Origin: Vicugna vicugna
Taxonomy: Eukaryota
Direction of reading: 5' to 3'
NCBI GenBank assembly: GCA_013265495.1
Contig: MU058441.1
Coordinates: 310,001 to 374,000 of the forward strand
Length of the DNA stretch: 64,000 bases
Shown here: positions 1-16,614 of the stretch, piece by piece
Numbering within the stretch: position 1 is the first letter of the stretch
How the letters are laid out: every line of letters begins with the position of its first letter
Made by a program: the position numbers and the translations under genes
The notes under the pieces: model-generated
The model's database searches: none
Told to the model about the DNA's origin: nothing
What the model saw: only the letters and a program-made list of their open reading frames with translations

Positions 1-85
1 TCAGAGGGCTGCGTGGAGGAGCTGCTGGAGCTGCTGGTGGAGCTGAAGGAGCTTTGCAAGTGGCGCCATGAAAGTGATGTGCCTG
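1..85 (+). CDS. TRPV3: TRPV3 coding exon (human exon 5 equivalent), truncated by window start
   Basis: Frame 1 reads [28 protein letters not shown], matching TRPV3 ankyrin repeat 1; GT donor at 86; phase joins the next exon (G+AC = Asp). Confidence 0.93.
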
Positions 86-891
86 GTCAGTGCCTGGCCC
101 TGGCAGAGGGTGCAGGGCTGGGGTCCTTTTCTTGGCTCCTGCTGTCCACCTACCTGTCCCTTGCCCCACTTCCAGCCTTAAATGCTGGACTGATGATGTC
201 GAACCTGATTCTGAGGGCAATAGGGAGCCATGGAACGGCTTAGACAGGTGATGGTCATGGTCTGGCTACTTTGTGGAGGATGAGGGTAAAAGTGAAGGCT
301 GCTGTTCAGGCAGAGTTGGGACCCTAGCAGCAGGGCTGGGGGAGGGGGACTAGCTCTTCAGGGAGTGGCATTGGAAAGACTCAGGATGGGAGGAGTGAGT
401 CCAGGGTGGTGCCGTTTGGACTGGGAGACTTGGTGGCTAGTTGGGCCCCAGCTGTCTTGGAGGCCGGGGAGTAGCCAGTTAAGGGAGAGGCTGTAAGCTC
501 TATTTGTTGGCACCCAGGGTGGGGCTGCTGGGCTGGAGCTTTCAGGTACACCCTGAAAGCTCCGTGTAGCATTAGGTCGACAGCGGGAAGCCAGACAGTG
601 GGTGGGATTGCCCCCCACCAGGGGGAGGCGCCAAAGGCAAAGGGCAAAAGGTCTCTGATAAGGCTCTAGGCACCAAGGAGAAGGAGAAGCCAGCAAGGGG
701 GCCTGAGGAGGAAGAGATGGACAGAGAGGAGGGGAGCGGGGAGCGTGGGGCAGGGAGGCCAGCGGAGGCCCTGGGGGGAGGGTCTTGAGGTCTGATGCTG
801 CAGCCTCCCCTCCTTAGGCTGGGAGGGCCAGGGGCAGGCGCCCAGCAACCCCCCACCCCCAACTGCCAGATGCTGCAGCTCCATCCTGTGA

Positions 892-1095
<204 letters not shown>

Positions 1096-3029
1096 TGAGA
1101 GGGGCTGTGCAGGCAGGGATTTCAAAGTGGGGTGGGCCATGCCACACACAGGCACTGCTGTCCCCGAAGCCCACAGCACTTAGCATGGTGCCCGGCACCT
1201 TCATTTATTCTGTAAACAATCTTGAGCACTGACCAGCTGCTTTGCAGTAATTTTGGCCCTGGGACACGTGGGTAAATAAGACAGATGAAGGCCACTGCTC
1301 TAAAGGTAATTTTAGATGGAAGATGCTATGAAAAAAAAAGGTAATTGTTACCAAAAAGTGACTGGCGGTGGGCAACTTTAGAGTGGACGGTCAGGGAGGT
1401 GACCTTGATCTGAAGTTTGTATAATACGAAGGATCCAGAACAAGAAAAAAGCGGAAGCCCAAGCTGCGACTAAGCTTGGCACAACTGAGTGATAGAAAGA
1501 AGGCAGGAGATGAGGTTAGAGAGCTGGGCGGGGCCAATACATGGCAACAGTTAGTAACATCACCTTCATCATCATCATCATCACTGTTATTAACCACCCA
1601 ATTTGGGTCTTAGTTTTGTGGCTTCTGTCTTAGGTGGGCAGGAGAGGATACAGGGAGACCAAATTTGGGATAGTGTTTCTTTGCTCAGGAAATTTGTTAT
1701 GAATAATCAGTAAGGTGTGTCTTTGTTTTTGGAGTCAGTAGACATCCTGTTAGGATCTTATGAGGTGCTTGTGGCCAAAATGATTGGCTCAGGAATAAGT
1801 GGATGCCATCTTGCTGATATGCTGGGGGTGTTAAGCATCTCAGCTTTTTGCAGATGGGAGTCTGAATTGGGCTCTTAACTTTCCTCATGGGCGAAAGTCA
1901 GTTTATTTATATTTATTTATTTGCTCCTTGCAGACTTTCAAAAGTGTTTTTATTATATACAAGGAAAAGCCAAGAATTACAAAAAAAACCTGAAGATTAT
2001 TGATGGGAGGATAGGAAACCCAGAGGAGATTGCTGCAACTGAGTGCTGAGTTGCACACACAGAGCTCCCTGGTAGCCAAAGCAAACAGAGAAACTGGATG
2101 AACTATATAATATTCTCAGCCTGTCACGAGGGAGCTCACACTAGCCCTGTAGCCAGGGGGCTTTAGGCCACTGTCTCAAGCTTGCTCGTCCAGATTCTTT
2201 TCCCTCTTTAGTCCCCCTCCGTTCCCTTTCTTCTTCTTGTCAGTATTGCAGGGATTTACAGGCCCGCCTCTTCTAGCAGACGTTCTCCTTGAGGGCAGAG
2301 ATGGAGTCTATCTTGCCCAGAGTGGATTCCCTGGTGCCCTGGGGTCTCACATAAGAGATCCTTAATCAATATTTTTTGAACGAATGAATAAACAAAGATT
2401 AACATCTCTATTAAGGTCTTGCTGCCCTGGCTGCAAATCCATATCTCTCTGCTTTCTCAGCCTCCCCTTCCCTTGTTCCTTCCCTCTTTCATGAATCAGC
2501 CTCTCACTGGTGAGCAGATACCCACTCTCTCTGCATAGTGGGAGGAGCCATTTATTCCTTCCCAGAAACCGGCTCCCCATTCCTCCCCTAGTGGTATCGC
2601 CCAGCACCCTCCCTTCTGTGTTCGCCACATTTAGGGGTTCCAGGACTAGCAGAGTAACATTGTTCCTCACCTTGGGCAAGTTAGCTTGCCTTTCTGAGCC
2701 TCAGTTTCCCCGTTTGGTAGAGGCTAATATTTCCTTTCTAATGCTAATATTTCCTCTGTTGCTAGGAGAACCCAATGACAACTTTACTAATATGCATTTT
2801 TAAGCATTTTATCAGAGGCCTTCAGAGACTTACTTTTTTCTTTTAACAATTTGTTCAATTAAAATTTTTTATCATACAAAATTTTAAACCTACAACTGAC
2901 ATAATAGCATGATGAACTTTTATATATCCATCATCCAGATTCAAGGCACCAATTTATTTTTAATTACATAAATAACACATGATTAGAGTTTCATTGTAAA
3001 ACATCCAGATAGTTTAAGTGAAAACATTT

Positions 3030-3152
3030 ACTTTATTTATTATTATTATTCTTTTATTTTTATTTTCATTTTTAATGGAGGTACTGGGATTGAACCCAGG
3101 ACCTCGTGCATGCTAAGCATGCACTCTTATCACTGAGCTATACCCTCCCCCC
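3030..3152 (-). mobile_element. Short tRNA-derived SINE with A-rich tail, resembling the camelid vic-1 family
   Basis: Minus strand GGGTATAGCTCAGTGATAAGAGTGCATGCTTAGCATGCACGAGGTCCTGGGTTCAATCCCAGTACCTCC has Pol III A and B boxes, then an A/AT-rich tail; family name from recall. Confidence 0.75.
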
Positions 3153-5094
3153 TTAATCAAGTAAAAACAAAACCAGAAAAACTTCACCTATTCCCCACTC
3201 TCCCCTCCAGAGATGATGACTACGGTGTGTATCATTTGAGGACTACATTAGACTTTCGACATAAGTGTGTATGTGCACATAGAAATAGTTTTATTTATTC
3301 ACTAATCTACCTATTTAACATAAAATAGTATTGTACTGTTTGTATTGTTCAACAATTTGATTTGGGGGGATTAAATATATGTTTTAAATGCCTTCTCATA
3401 TCAGAATATAAAAGTCTGCCTCCTTTTCACCTGCTTAGTCTGAAGACGGCTGCAATGGGGGTGATTTCACATTTCCCTGTCGATGGCAGACATCCAGGTG
3501 CTTCCCAGTGTTTTGCGATGACAGCGTTGCAGTGCATAGTCTTGTCTGTAACCCTTGCACCGCGCATACATGTTTCAGGAAAGCACTTTGAACTGGATTC
3601 TCTGGGTTCAGGACATGCATATTTAAAATTACAATGGCTATTGCCCCAAGTTTGCCTGCAAAAACTACTAATTTACTCTCCCCCACACACAAGAGTACAA
3701 AAGGATGCATCCTTGCCAATATTGTATTGCCAAGATACATACTGTCAATCCAACAGGTGAAAAGTGTTAACTCCTCAGGTTCAAATCTTCATCTTCCTGA
3801 TCACCAGTGATTCCAAACACCTTGCACTCTCTGTATTGGCTGGGTGTGTCTTCTTCTCAGTGAGGTGCTTGTTGCTAATCTTCTGTCAGTTCTCTTTTAG
3901 GTTGTTTGTCTTTTTATTGATTTGTGGGAGCTCCTCATCTATTGTGGACTTTGAAACACACATTGCCTCTTTCATACATCTCAGATATTTCCTCCAGCCC
4001 ATCACTTGTCCTTTAAGATATCTTTTGAAATAGAGAAACTTTTAATTTTTATGTAAGCAAACTGTCAATCTGTCCATTTTTTTCTTTATGGTTTCTGCAT
4101 TTTGGATTTTGCTTCAGAAGGTTTTCCCTGCCAGAAGGTCAGTTATAAACAGTTTTCCAGACTTTAAAAATGCTTAGTTTTTAACCCACCAGGACTTCAT
4201 TTTTTGGTCTGTGGCATGATGGCAGCTCTTTGGAAAATGCTGTTTCTAGTGGGATATTTTGAGACCCCGTGCCCCAGCCTTCCAGTCCCCTCCATCTGGA
4301 GGTTCTGTAGGCCCCACCAACAGGGTTAACGTCCCTCCTCCCTCTCCCTAATGCTTCTCCCCTATTTTGTCTCTTAGTCACAAAGGCACCAGCCACCCAG
4401 CACCCAGGCCAGACACCTGGATCTTACCTGAGACTCCCCTTCTCCCCCAACCCCCACAGGCCATTCCGAAGACTATTTCTCCTAAGGATCTTTAGGTCTA
4501 CGGGCTGGACACTCCCTCACAACTCTGGGCTCCTAATGCATCCTCCAATTTTGCAGCCAGAGTGATCTGAAAATACACACACACAAAACTCAAGACTCTG
4601 GTCATGTCACTTCCCTGCTTCAGTGCCTTCTGTGCCTTCCCATGGTCCTTAGGATAACGTTCTCATCTGTTCACCTGGCTTATGAGGCCTTGAGTTGGCC
4701 CCATCCACCCTCCGTAAACTTACGTGGTCCCAGGTTAGAGGCCACTTCTGGGAAGCCCCCCAACCCGTGTTTGTTAAGAGCCCCTGCTCTGGGCACCACA
4801 GCCCCTGCACCTCGGGTATCATAGCACTTCATTCTCAGTGAGATAGTGAGCTTCTGGAGGACAAGAATCAAAACTGCATCCCGTGTCCCACTGCATCCCC
4901 AGCGCCTGGACCCTAGCACAGAGCAGATGCTCCCTAAATAATCCTTGCTTCCCAGCAAGATTGAAGCAAAGAATGAAGCTGGGACTCTTGGTAGCTGGGT
5001 GACACAGACCCGACAGGCGGCTAGTATTTCTCCGTGGGTCCGTGGAGGGTATGGAGGCCAGAGAGGTTGTGTCACCCCGGCTCCCAGCCGCTGA

Positions 5095-5352
<258 letters not shown>

Positions 5353-5879
5353 TGACCTCTGACCCAAGAGGAGCTGGCGGGCAGAGGGCTGGAGACCCTC
5401 CTGCCCATCTCTTCCGCCTCAGAGGCGTCCGAGGCCCTGGAGGACAGAGCCGGGACTAGGGAGGCGGCAGGGGTGGATCTATCTGAACGGACCGGACCCA
5501 CCGCCAGGCTGGACCAGAGAGAAAGTAGCTGGGGGCCTGGGAGGATCGGGGAGCCGGCATTCTCGGAGTGTCACCTGGTGGTCTTAGTGGGCACCCTGAC
5601 TTTCAGCTGAGCTGCCCTCAGGAAACAGAGACCTGGGAGGGAGACCAAAGGAGAGCCCTAGTTTACAAACCAGCCGACAGGTCCTGAGAAGGGATGTGAC
5701 TTGCCCCAGTGTAGCAAGCAGCTGATGTAGGCATCCCGGTGGCCAGCTCAGGCGTCTTTTCCGTGTCCAGTGCCTCTCAGAACTGCAAACAGGGAGTCAA
5801 AAGTAAGAGGACGAGAATTCCCTGGCTGACACCTTAGGGAGTCCAAAAGCAATTAGAGTTAGGCCGTTTTGGGTGAAAA

Positions 5880-6095
5880 AAAAATTTTTTTTAATGTGTG
5901 ATTTATATATAGTGAAGTTCACCCACTTTAATGGACAGTTCTGTTCATTTCCACAAATGCATACAGTCATGTAACCACCACTGTGGTCAGGACAGGGAAC
6001 AGCTTTATCACACCCCAAAATTTCCTGGTACAACTTTGTAGTCAATTCCTCTTCCCAGCCCAGCCCCTGACAGATGACCACTGACCTGTTTTCTG
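5880..6095 (-). mobile_element. Old L1 3'-end fragment; boundaries approximate
   Basis: T-run followed by atatagtgaagttcacccac...catgtaaccaccact...gaccactgacctgttttctg, a typical antisense L1M 3' end. Confidence 0.5.
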
Positions 6096-6369
6096 GGTGG
6101 TTTTTAGTCAGCAGGACTAGATGGGTCTGAGTGGCCTTGAGGACAGGGTCTTGTCCAGTCCATTGCCTGGCGTCAGACCTGGTTGGAGCCTGTGTTGGGA
6201 ACATTTGTCAGGTGGGATGAAGAAAGGGTACCGGGGGAGACTGGGGAGCAGCAGCAGCAGACCTGCTGTCCAGGCCTGAGTCCGTCCACGGCTTACCGTG
6301 TGTGACCCTGTGGGAGTCACCTGTCTTCTCTTTTCTTAACAAACTTTTATTGTTTACTATATACACCAC

Positions 6370-7422
<1,053 letters not shown>

Positions 7423-9429
7423 TGAGTGGCTGACTGCGCAGAGCCATGAGAAGCAGCACGTGGACCCACCTTCTCAACTTCAGTTCCTAACATTGTTTTT
7501 CTCCTGTCCTGGGACCTCCTTGCCGGAGCCCCAGTGGAGGAGCCTTAAGGCTGAGGATTCCAGTGTGGCAAGGCACCCAAGCGGAGGCTGAGTGTCTGAG
7601 CCTCGGGGCCTTCAGCCTCTCATGAGGACAGGAGCCCCAGAAGGCCTGCTCTGGATCCAGAGCCAATGCGCTGCTGCTCCCTGACTCTGGGGAGACCCCA
7701 GCCTGTCTGTCAGGTGGAAACCTTGAGCCAGGTCCCTAGCAGTGTGTGTGGCTGCTCATGGCCCTTTGTGCCCTTGCATTGTGGCCGAGGAACTCAAGTT
7801 AACCCGGAGCCTTGGTGAAGCCTCAGCTGGGTGGGCTCACATCTCTCTAAGCGGCCGGGACCACAGCTTGGTCAGATTTCAAGGTCAAGACTCAGGTTGG
7901 GGTGAGAGTCACAGCTTAGCAAAGCCCGTCCTTGGCCTCCATATCTCGAACTCTGGGAGAGGACTGTGGCTCCTGGGAGGCTGCTGGAAGGGCGCTGAGA
8001 GGTGACAGTGGGGGACTGTTGAGCAATGGCAGCTGTGCCAGCCTCAGGGCGGCTGATGGGGGTGGGGGGCCGGAGGCACTGCCCTGAGGGCCTTGGGTCC
8101 CAGCCCAGAGCTCAGGGCTGGGCCCACAAGGGACCCTTTCATTCTGTTGTGGGAGGAGGAGGGGATGGAGCACAGCTTGGACAGGAGGAATTGTGTGCCT
8201 GCCTCCCCCGTCCCCTGCCCACCCCAAGGACACGGCTTCCTGGGGGTTTGAGGAGAAGTCAGATTTGTGGTTGCAAGTGGGCTTTCTCCAAGGACTCCGA
8301 GGCGTGTGGTTTCCCTGGGGAGGGCCCCGAGACGAAGCCTCCCGCATGGAGCATAGCCCCACGCTCCCCTGGTTCTCTAGAGAACAGCGTGTCCCCCACC
8401 CCCTCCCCGTGGCCAGGCTTGGGAAGGTTCCTGCACCCTTCCTGGCCCCTTCACCCTTCCTGACCCCTTCTCTCTTGCATTCAGTGTTCTTTGGAAACCT
8501 TTCTGGATGCTGCCCAAGTCGGCCACTGTGCCGGGAGCGGAGGGTGCAGCCATACTTGAGACACAGACCCTGTCCCTGGGCCCTCTAGGCTGGGGGTGCA
8601 GGAAGGGGAGACCTACCCTTTCCATAGAAGCTCCCTGCCTGGGCTGTAGAGACTAGGCTCCAGGTGAGATGAGATGGGAACTCCAAGGTTGACGTGAGCT
8701 CAGGGCTCTGACGCTGTCCTTTCCAACAGGAGCCTTCTCCTGGACCTTGAGTTGGTGCCCCGGGAAGTTCTGCCCCCATCCTAGGGCACCCGGGCTCAGC
8801 TGTCGGGAACTAGTGAGCTCTTCATCCTCCCTGCACTATGGAACCGCTCAGGAAGCTCTACTAGATGCAGATGCCTGGGTCCCCCTGCAGAGACTTGGAT
8901 TGAATCTGTCAGTGGTGTGGGATTTTTCGGTGTTCCCTCGGGACTCTCATTTGCAGCAGAGTGAGGACTGCTGACCTAGGGAGTGGGTCCCACAGGCCCC
9001 TCAGGAAGGCTGGCGGCTTGCATCACCCCTTGTCTGGCCAGAGCAGTGAGCCTCAACTGGCAGGGTCTTGACTGAGGGTAGGATGGGGAAGCCGGAAAAA
9101 CTTCTAGCTTCTTCTCAAGTCCAGGCCAAACAGAAATTATTACTTGAAATTGTCACTTTCTGGAATCTTCAGGGAATGGACTCCCCAGCTGGTGCAAGGA
9201 CTTGTGAGCTGACTGTGCAGGGCCCTCACACCTCTTGTCTCCGGTGCTCACAGTCCCCGGACTGATGGCAGATCAGCGATTGGCGCCCATTCTTCAGATA
9301 AAGCCGGGCCCAGGGCCACGGTGACAGGAGCAGAGGCCCGACTCAGTCCATCCCTGGTGGGGCCTCTTCCCCGCGCCGTCTGATTGGGCGGGCCAGCTGT
9401 GTTGGCCCCAAGCCCGGTTCTGCAGCTGA

Positions 9430-9714
<285 letters not shown>

Positions 9715-10505
9715 TGACTCAGTGGGCAGGGCCTGGGGCAGGTGCTGGGGCCACTTGATCCCAGGTGACCTGGTGGTAGGGGTGTTGATCTTCTCCATCA
9801 TGTTCCTCCTCAACTCCTCTTACTGCTTCTGTATGATCGGGGCTTAGAATCCCTTCTTCCCCCGAATCTGGCCCCAGATGAGGGTCAGGGAGTGCACAGC
9901 TGGTGCACTCAGGGACACCTTTCTGGAGGAGGCAAGGCGGGGAGGTCAGTGAAGCTGAAAGAGAAGAGAAAGGATTGGCAGTGGGAGGTTTTTGGCTCTT
10001 AAGGGGAGTGAGGCAACAAGCTGGATCTTCATCCTTCACATTTTACCAAGAGTCTTGCTTCCCAGAGCCTCCTTGGCCCCTCATGGCAGCCTAGCTGGTA
10101 GGGAAGGGATTGAGATCTGTTTTATAGATGAGGAGACAAGGCCTGGAGAGGGTCAGGGGTTTTCCTAGGGTCACACAGTCAAGGGGGGCCCAGTAGGGGC
10201 CAGAACTGCAGTTATGGCCCTGGCCCCCTTCTGGCCCTCCCTCCCCACTGTGCATCAGATCCTCTTGCCGAAAGCCCCAGGCTCCTGTGGCATTTGGCTG
10301 CTGTCTAGGTGCATTGGGAAGGAGCCTTGGGAGCTGGAAATTAGCCTCCCAACATTTCCAGCCAAACCAGTCCACTGGACACAATGACTGGCCCCTTCTG
10401 CCAGGGGCAGTGCTGACCCAGAGCTCCCTTGGAAATGAAGGCCCTTTGAAAATGGTCCCTCCCTCCCTCTCATCTCCTTGGTGACCGGTGCTGTTCTACA
10501 CCTAG

Positions 10506-10748
<243 letters not shown>

Positions 10749-11200
10749 TGAGGCCCGGAGAGGCCAAGAGATTTGCGTGGGGTCCCGCAGTTGTCCTGCT
10801 CCATGGTATCTTGGACACGGAATTTATCTCCAGCACTTAGTTGAGCTAAGCCCCAGATGCTCGGCCCGAGGCTGACCCATGCTGGAGGTGGGCGGGAGGA
10901 TTAGGAGCCCCAGGCCTGGCCCAGGCTCCCTGTTTAATCTGCAGCAGATTGGGTGTTTCTGCTGCGAGCGCCACAGGCAATGGGAAGAGGAGGAGGGCAC
11001 TTGGAGAAGCAGTCCCACCCCTCTGGGCCTTGGCTTCCCATCCATTACAAGAGACACAGAGTCTTGGCTTTAACTGTCACGAGGCCCCGTGGGTGTCCGG
11101 ATACAGGTGGAACAGACAAATGCCACGAAGTGTGAGGGATTGTTAGCACCGATCGGATCATGCATCTCACTGCAGAATTCTGGGTTCCCACTGTGGGTAG

Positions 11201-11620
<420 letters not shown>

Positions 11621-11644
11621 TAAGCAGGCTTATCCTACCTACTG

Positions 11645-11900
11645 TGTCTATCCATCCCTCCATCCGTCTGTGCAATTAAGTGCCATTTATCTACGCTCCC
11701 AGCCACTCAGTGACCCATCTACCCGTCCCTCCATCCATCCATCATCTATCCATCCATCTACCCAGTCACCTGCCCTCTCTCATTGATCCAGCTGCTCATT
11801 CATCCATTCAAACCCCGACTCATCCTTACCCACTGTCCTTCCATCCTTCATCCAACCATCTTTCCATCTGATTGTCAATTGATCCATTCATCTACCCAGC
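11645..11900. repeat. Degenerate (ATCC)n low-complexity tract
   Basis: Repeated catccatccatc-like units. Confidence 0.75.
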
Positions 11901-12468
11901 CGATGAATGAGCTGGTATATTCTGAAGACCTTCTATATGTGGGGCCCGAGATGGAGGGAGTCTGCCTTCTTTGAGCTCATGCTCTGGTAGGGGATTTCAG
12001 ATGGACAGAAATATCTAGACTTTAAGATAGACCTCGAAAAGGGCCCAACGTTGGGCTCCGACCAGGGCTCAGAACAGAGATGACTTTTACCTGGGGGCAG
12101 GGAGAAGTAGGGAAGGCTTGAAGGTAGAGAGGGCACTTACTCTGGTGTGGGGGTGCGTTGGCATGGGGACACTGGGGAGAAGGTATTACAGGGCAGGTGT
12201 GGGGAACAGCATGAACAAAGGCCGTGTGTAGGGAACGGCTGCTCACCGTGTGGTTGTGCTGCTTTGCGGGTTCTGGGGTGAGAGTGAGAGATGTAAGAAG
12301 ATTGGGGGGAGCACCCACTTTTCCCCTGGGGTTGCCTCTGACCCCAGGCACAAGTCCCCTTCCGCATCCCTCACCTGGGCTCTGGCTGGGCCTTCACATG
12401 CTCCCTGCTCCCTGAGTCCAGTCCCGGGGGAACGCCCCCTTCCCCAGATGCTCCAGCAAGGGGCATGA

Positions 12469-12621
<153 letters not shown>

Positions 12622-14526
12622 TAAGTAGGTTTGTCCCCTTGGTCACTGCCTCACAGGCAGGGCTAAAGTCTAGTATGATGGCTGCTGTGTTCCTCTGCAA
12701 AGCCACCCTACCATGTCACTCTGTCCCTGTCATTCTGCCATAGCCACATGGCCAGGGACCTCCTCCCTCCCTTCTGGTAAGGGAGGCACATAGATGCCCA
12801 CGGAAAGGACCAGAAAACGGTAGGGCAGTGCCCACCGTCGGCTGTAGGGATGGCTGACTGTACCCTGCCAGGCGGCAGGCAGCACAGAGAAGGTGGGGAG
12901 GTGTTTAGCCATCCTGTGTACGTTTTTATGAAGGGACATTCTAGGCCAGTTTCTCCTGGTTGCTGTCTCGGACCCAGGCAGATCAGGGCTGGGAGGTACT
13001 TGAGAAATCAGCGAGTCTCCTCTGTAGCCATGAAAACCGAGGCTCAGAGCAGGGAAGTGAGTCACTCACAGTCACGTGGAGCTTCTGTCATCTTCAGCCC
13101 AGGCTGCCGCAGGGTGGACTCCCGTGGGCCCGACCCACAACGCCCAGCTCAGCCGCCTTTCCGAATGAGGTCACGTGCAGCGACATCAGAGGCTCATGTG
13201 ACCCCTGTCTCTAAATGAAAGGCGGCTGATTCAGTATTGCAGGATGTGAATGGAACAGAATCCGCAGTTTTCGATGAAGGATGTTGGGCTCTGTGGCTCT
13301 GGAAGACCCCCCCCTCCCCTGCAAAGTCCCTCTTCTGAGTATTCGGGAGGCTGGGTTCACAGGACCTTGAATCTTGGCCTGGTGTTTCCAAATACCTATT
13401 AATAGGTGTTCTGTTAAGAATGTACCTGCCTTCCAGGAGCATGAACCAAGTTCTCCATCCCGGTGGGCAGGTGGGGCGCCATGAGACAGCCGTGAATGGA
13501 TAGGCCAGGTTCAGCGCTGCCCACGATGCAAGCCGCATGGAAGTCTGTCACCTTTGAGAAAGTATGACGATTCCAGAGGAAAATCTGTTTGTCAGCCACT
13601 GGCTTTAGTGCAGACAAAAGGCACCAATGCCTTGTCCTGCTCTTCTGCGCCTTAGTCGTTTTGTTAGCGCAGGGGAAGGTGTAAACATCCCCTCCTCACT
13701 TCAGCCCCCAGTGCTCCATCGCCAAACTTGTGCTTTTCACTGCGCAAGAAAATCAAGGTTGCCTGTGTCCTAACTGAACCTAGTTAGATATTTTATAATC
13801 GTGGAGACTGCCTTATGGTATCCGCGAGAGAGGGTTTCCATCCAGCTGTCTGCATAACTGGTGGTGTATACACTGTTTAGGAATAGATTTTGATCTTGTG
13901 TGTTTGGTATATATTGTACTTTAAAAATTTTAAATTCTGGTATAATAGCTGTAACACAGATGTTAAACCATCTTAACCATGTTTAACTGTATAGTTCATT
14001 ATTGTTAAGTACATTGACATTGTTGTACAGCCAAGCTCCTTTTAGTGTATCTATTGTAGGGCATATATTGTAGTTTTTAAAAAGATTTTTAAGAGCAGAC
14101 TGGGGGGACTTTTGTTATGATTGGCTTTTGAGTATAGACATTGTCAGCATTGGTCACTTAAGTTAAATATGCAGTGTTTCACCGCATCCTCAGTCTACCC
14201 CAGAGGTTCCTCCAATCTAGATGGGAGTCAGAAATCATGCAGGTGAACATACAGACGGGTGCACCCCGGGCCCCCTGAACCAGAATCTCCCAGGCCCTGG
14301 AGATCTGTATCTTTAAAAAGTCCTTGTCAACAGCAAGCAGCCCACCTCTGGCCCCGACTTGCATCTGATGGTGCAGTCTGCAAGGCCGGATTTTAGATGT
14401 GGTCAGGCAGATCTGGGGCAGCCTTGTCCGTCTCTTTAGCACCAGTCACCAGGGTAACCGTTCAGGGTTTCAGAGATGTTGGGGGATTTGGATATCTCTG
14501 CCCTGCTGCTGAGGAGAAGTAAGTAA

Positions 14527-14841
<315 letters not shown>

Positions 14842-14949
14842 TGATTTTTCTCCCAAATGCCATGGCCTCCCTTCCCTTTGATCAGGCTGTCTCAGGGAGG
14901 AAAATATATATGTATTCTCTATATTATATATGTAGATATGTTTATTATA

Positions 14950-15772
14950 AATTTTACCATATAAAGAATGTGTAGCACACAAATTACAAATAGTAATAAA
15001 AAATACAGTGCTTTTTCTTGTAAATTCCACATGGCTAGTTGAGTCTCACCGAATAATTTGTTGATTTTGGTTGCAGTCTTGTATCTGTTCCCAACCTACA
15101 GTTGCAATTGACAAGTGAGTGTTGGGCCAACCTAAATGTTGCTTGATATTTGCCTTTGCTTTAAGGAATAAGATGAAGGTGAAACAACGAAGGCTTATGT
15201 TGGAACTGCACTTGTTTGTCCATGATGTTGTGCCACTTATTTGCTAAATTGGATACTAGTTTTGGAGAAGAATATTTCATTAATGTTTATGTGCTCTTCA
15301 CAATGTGACAGCCGCAGACAGGACACATACTGTTGCATTTGCCTTAATGCTTTGTCCATCGCTGTCTGAAGTGTAGATCTACACAATCAACAATATCTGA
15401 TCAGTAGCATTTGCGATTTCCATGGTGTAAATATTTCCACCTGATGGCTGATTTCCAGCTGCCAACATGACATCACTGAATACAGAACTGGGAAGGGACG
15501 CCCAGTCGCACAGCATTATATAGTGTTTCCACCACGTGGCAACGATAGATGTAAATAACCTTAAAAGCCTAGAGAATTTTAAAATGAAGTAAAGTCACCA
15601 GGAGGTGATGAGTTTTGAATATTTATTATCTTTGTTTCTAGAAGTATTTATTATTCTGTTTACAGAATTTAACTCTTAGTAATGGCTTTGGTTAACAACC
15701 GGCTCAGAACATTCATGAGAATGTGAGAGTCAGCTCTTGTGAGCGGGTATGAGTCGCTCCACCACAGCACGG
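14950..15772 (-). mobile_element. Old hAT DNA transposon relic, MER63-like; boundaries approximate
   Basis: Minus-strand end GTGCTGTGGTGGAGCGACTCATACCCGCTCACAAGAGC...GAGCCGGTTGTTAAC resembles the MER63 terminus as recalled. Confidence 0.5.
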
Positions 15773-16081
15773 CCCCCAGGAGGTGTGAGAATTCCAGATG
15801 TGAGATTCTCTGAGGAAAGGTGCTCACGTAGCCTGCATCAGCAGGGACCCAGACGGGCTGTAAATTTATTGAATTCTGTTAACAGAATTTAATTCTTAGT
15901 AATGGCTTTGGTTAACAACCGGCTCAGAACATTCATGAGAATGTGAGAGTCAGCTCTTGTGAGCAGGTATGAGCCGCTCCGCCACAGCACGGCCCCCAGG
16001 AGGTGTGAGAATTCCAGATGTGAGATTCTCTGAGGAAAGGTGCTCATGTAGCCTGCATCAGCAGGGACCCAGACGGGCTGT
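15646..16081 (+). repeat. 220-bp tandem duplication in TRPV3 intron 13
   Basis: cagaatttaa...cagacgggctg occurs twice, ending at 15860 and 16080, with several substitutions. Confidence 0.95.
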
Positions 16082-16313
16082 GTTCTAGGAGGGAGGAGGG
16101 CAGGGGGCAGGAACAGAAGAGGTCTTTCCGGAGGAGGTGGGCTCAGAGCTGAGCTGTGGAGCATGAGGAGGGTCTGGCAAGGGGGATGGGAGAGCAGCCT
16201 GCTCGAGGGCCTGGTTGTGGGGGAACCTGGGGTGAGGGCGGGAAGCAATCAGAGCTCAGTGTGTAGTGAATCTGTGCCTAAACCTGACCCCTGAATTGTT
16301 TCTTTCTTTGTAG

Positions 16314-16380
16314 GTCATTTTGCACGATGTCCTGAAGTTCTTGTTTGTATATATCGTGTTCTTACTTGGATTTGGAGTAG
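16314..16380 (+). CDS. TRPV3: TRPV3 exon 14 equivalent (S5), copy 1
   Basis: VILHDVLKFLFVYIVFLLGFGV; tgtag/gtaat; 67 nt. Confidence 0.93.
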
Positions 16381-16547
16381 GTAATTGATTTATAAATAAT
16401 AGTAGTCCCTGCATTTGTAAAGCGCTTTAGACGAATGATGAGGGCCTGGTTGTGGGGGAACTTGGGGCGAGGACGGGAAGCAGTCAGAGCTCATGTGTAG
16501 TGAATCTGTGCCCAAACCTGACCCCTGAATTGTTTCTTTCTTTGTAG

Positions 16548-16614
16548 GTCATTTTGCACGATGTCCTGAAGTTCTTGTTTGTATATATCGTGTTCTTACT
16601 TGGATTTGGAGTAG
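16548..16614 (+). CDS. TRPV3: TRPV3 exon 14 equivalent, copy 2 (tandem duplicate)
   Basis: Exon sequence and both splice sites identical to 16314-16380; 234 bp downstream. Confidence 0.7.

Noticed and set aside
3075..3152. Functional tRNA gene
   Set aside because: tRNA-like head runs into an A-rich tail, which is SINE structure
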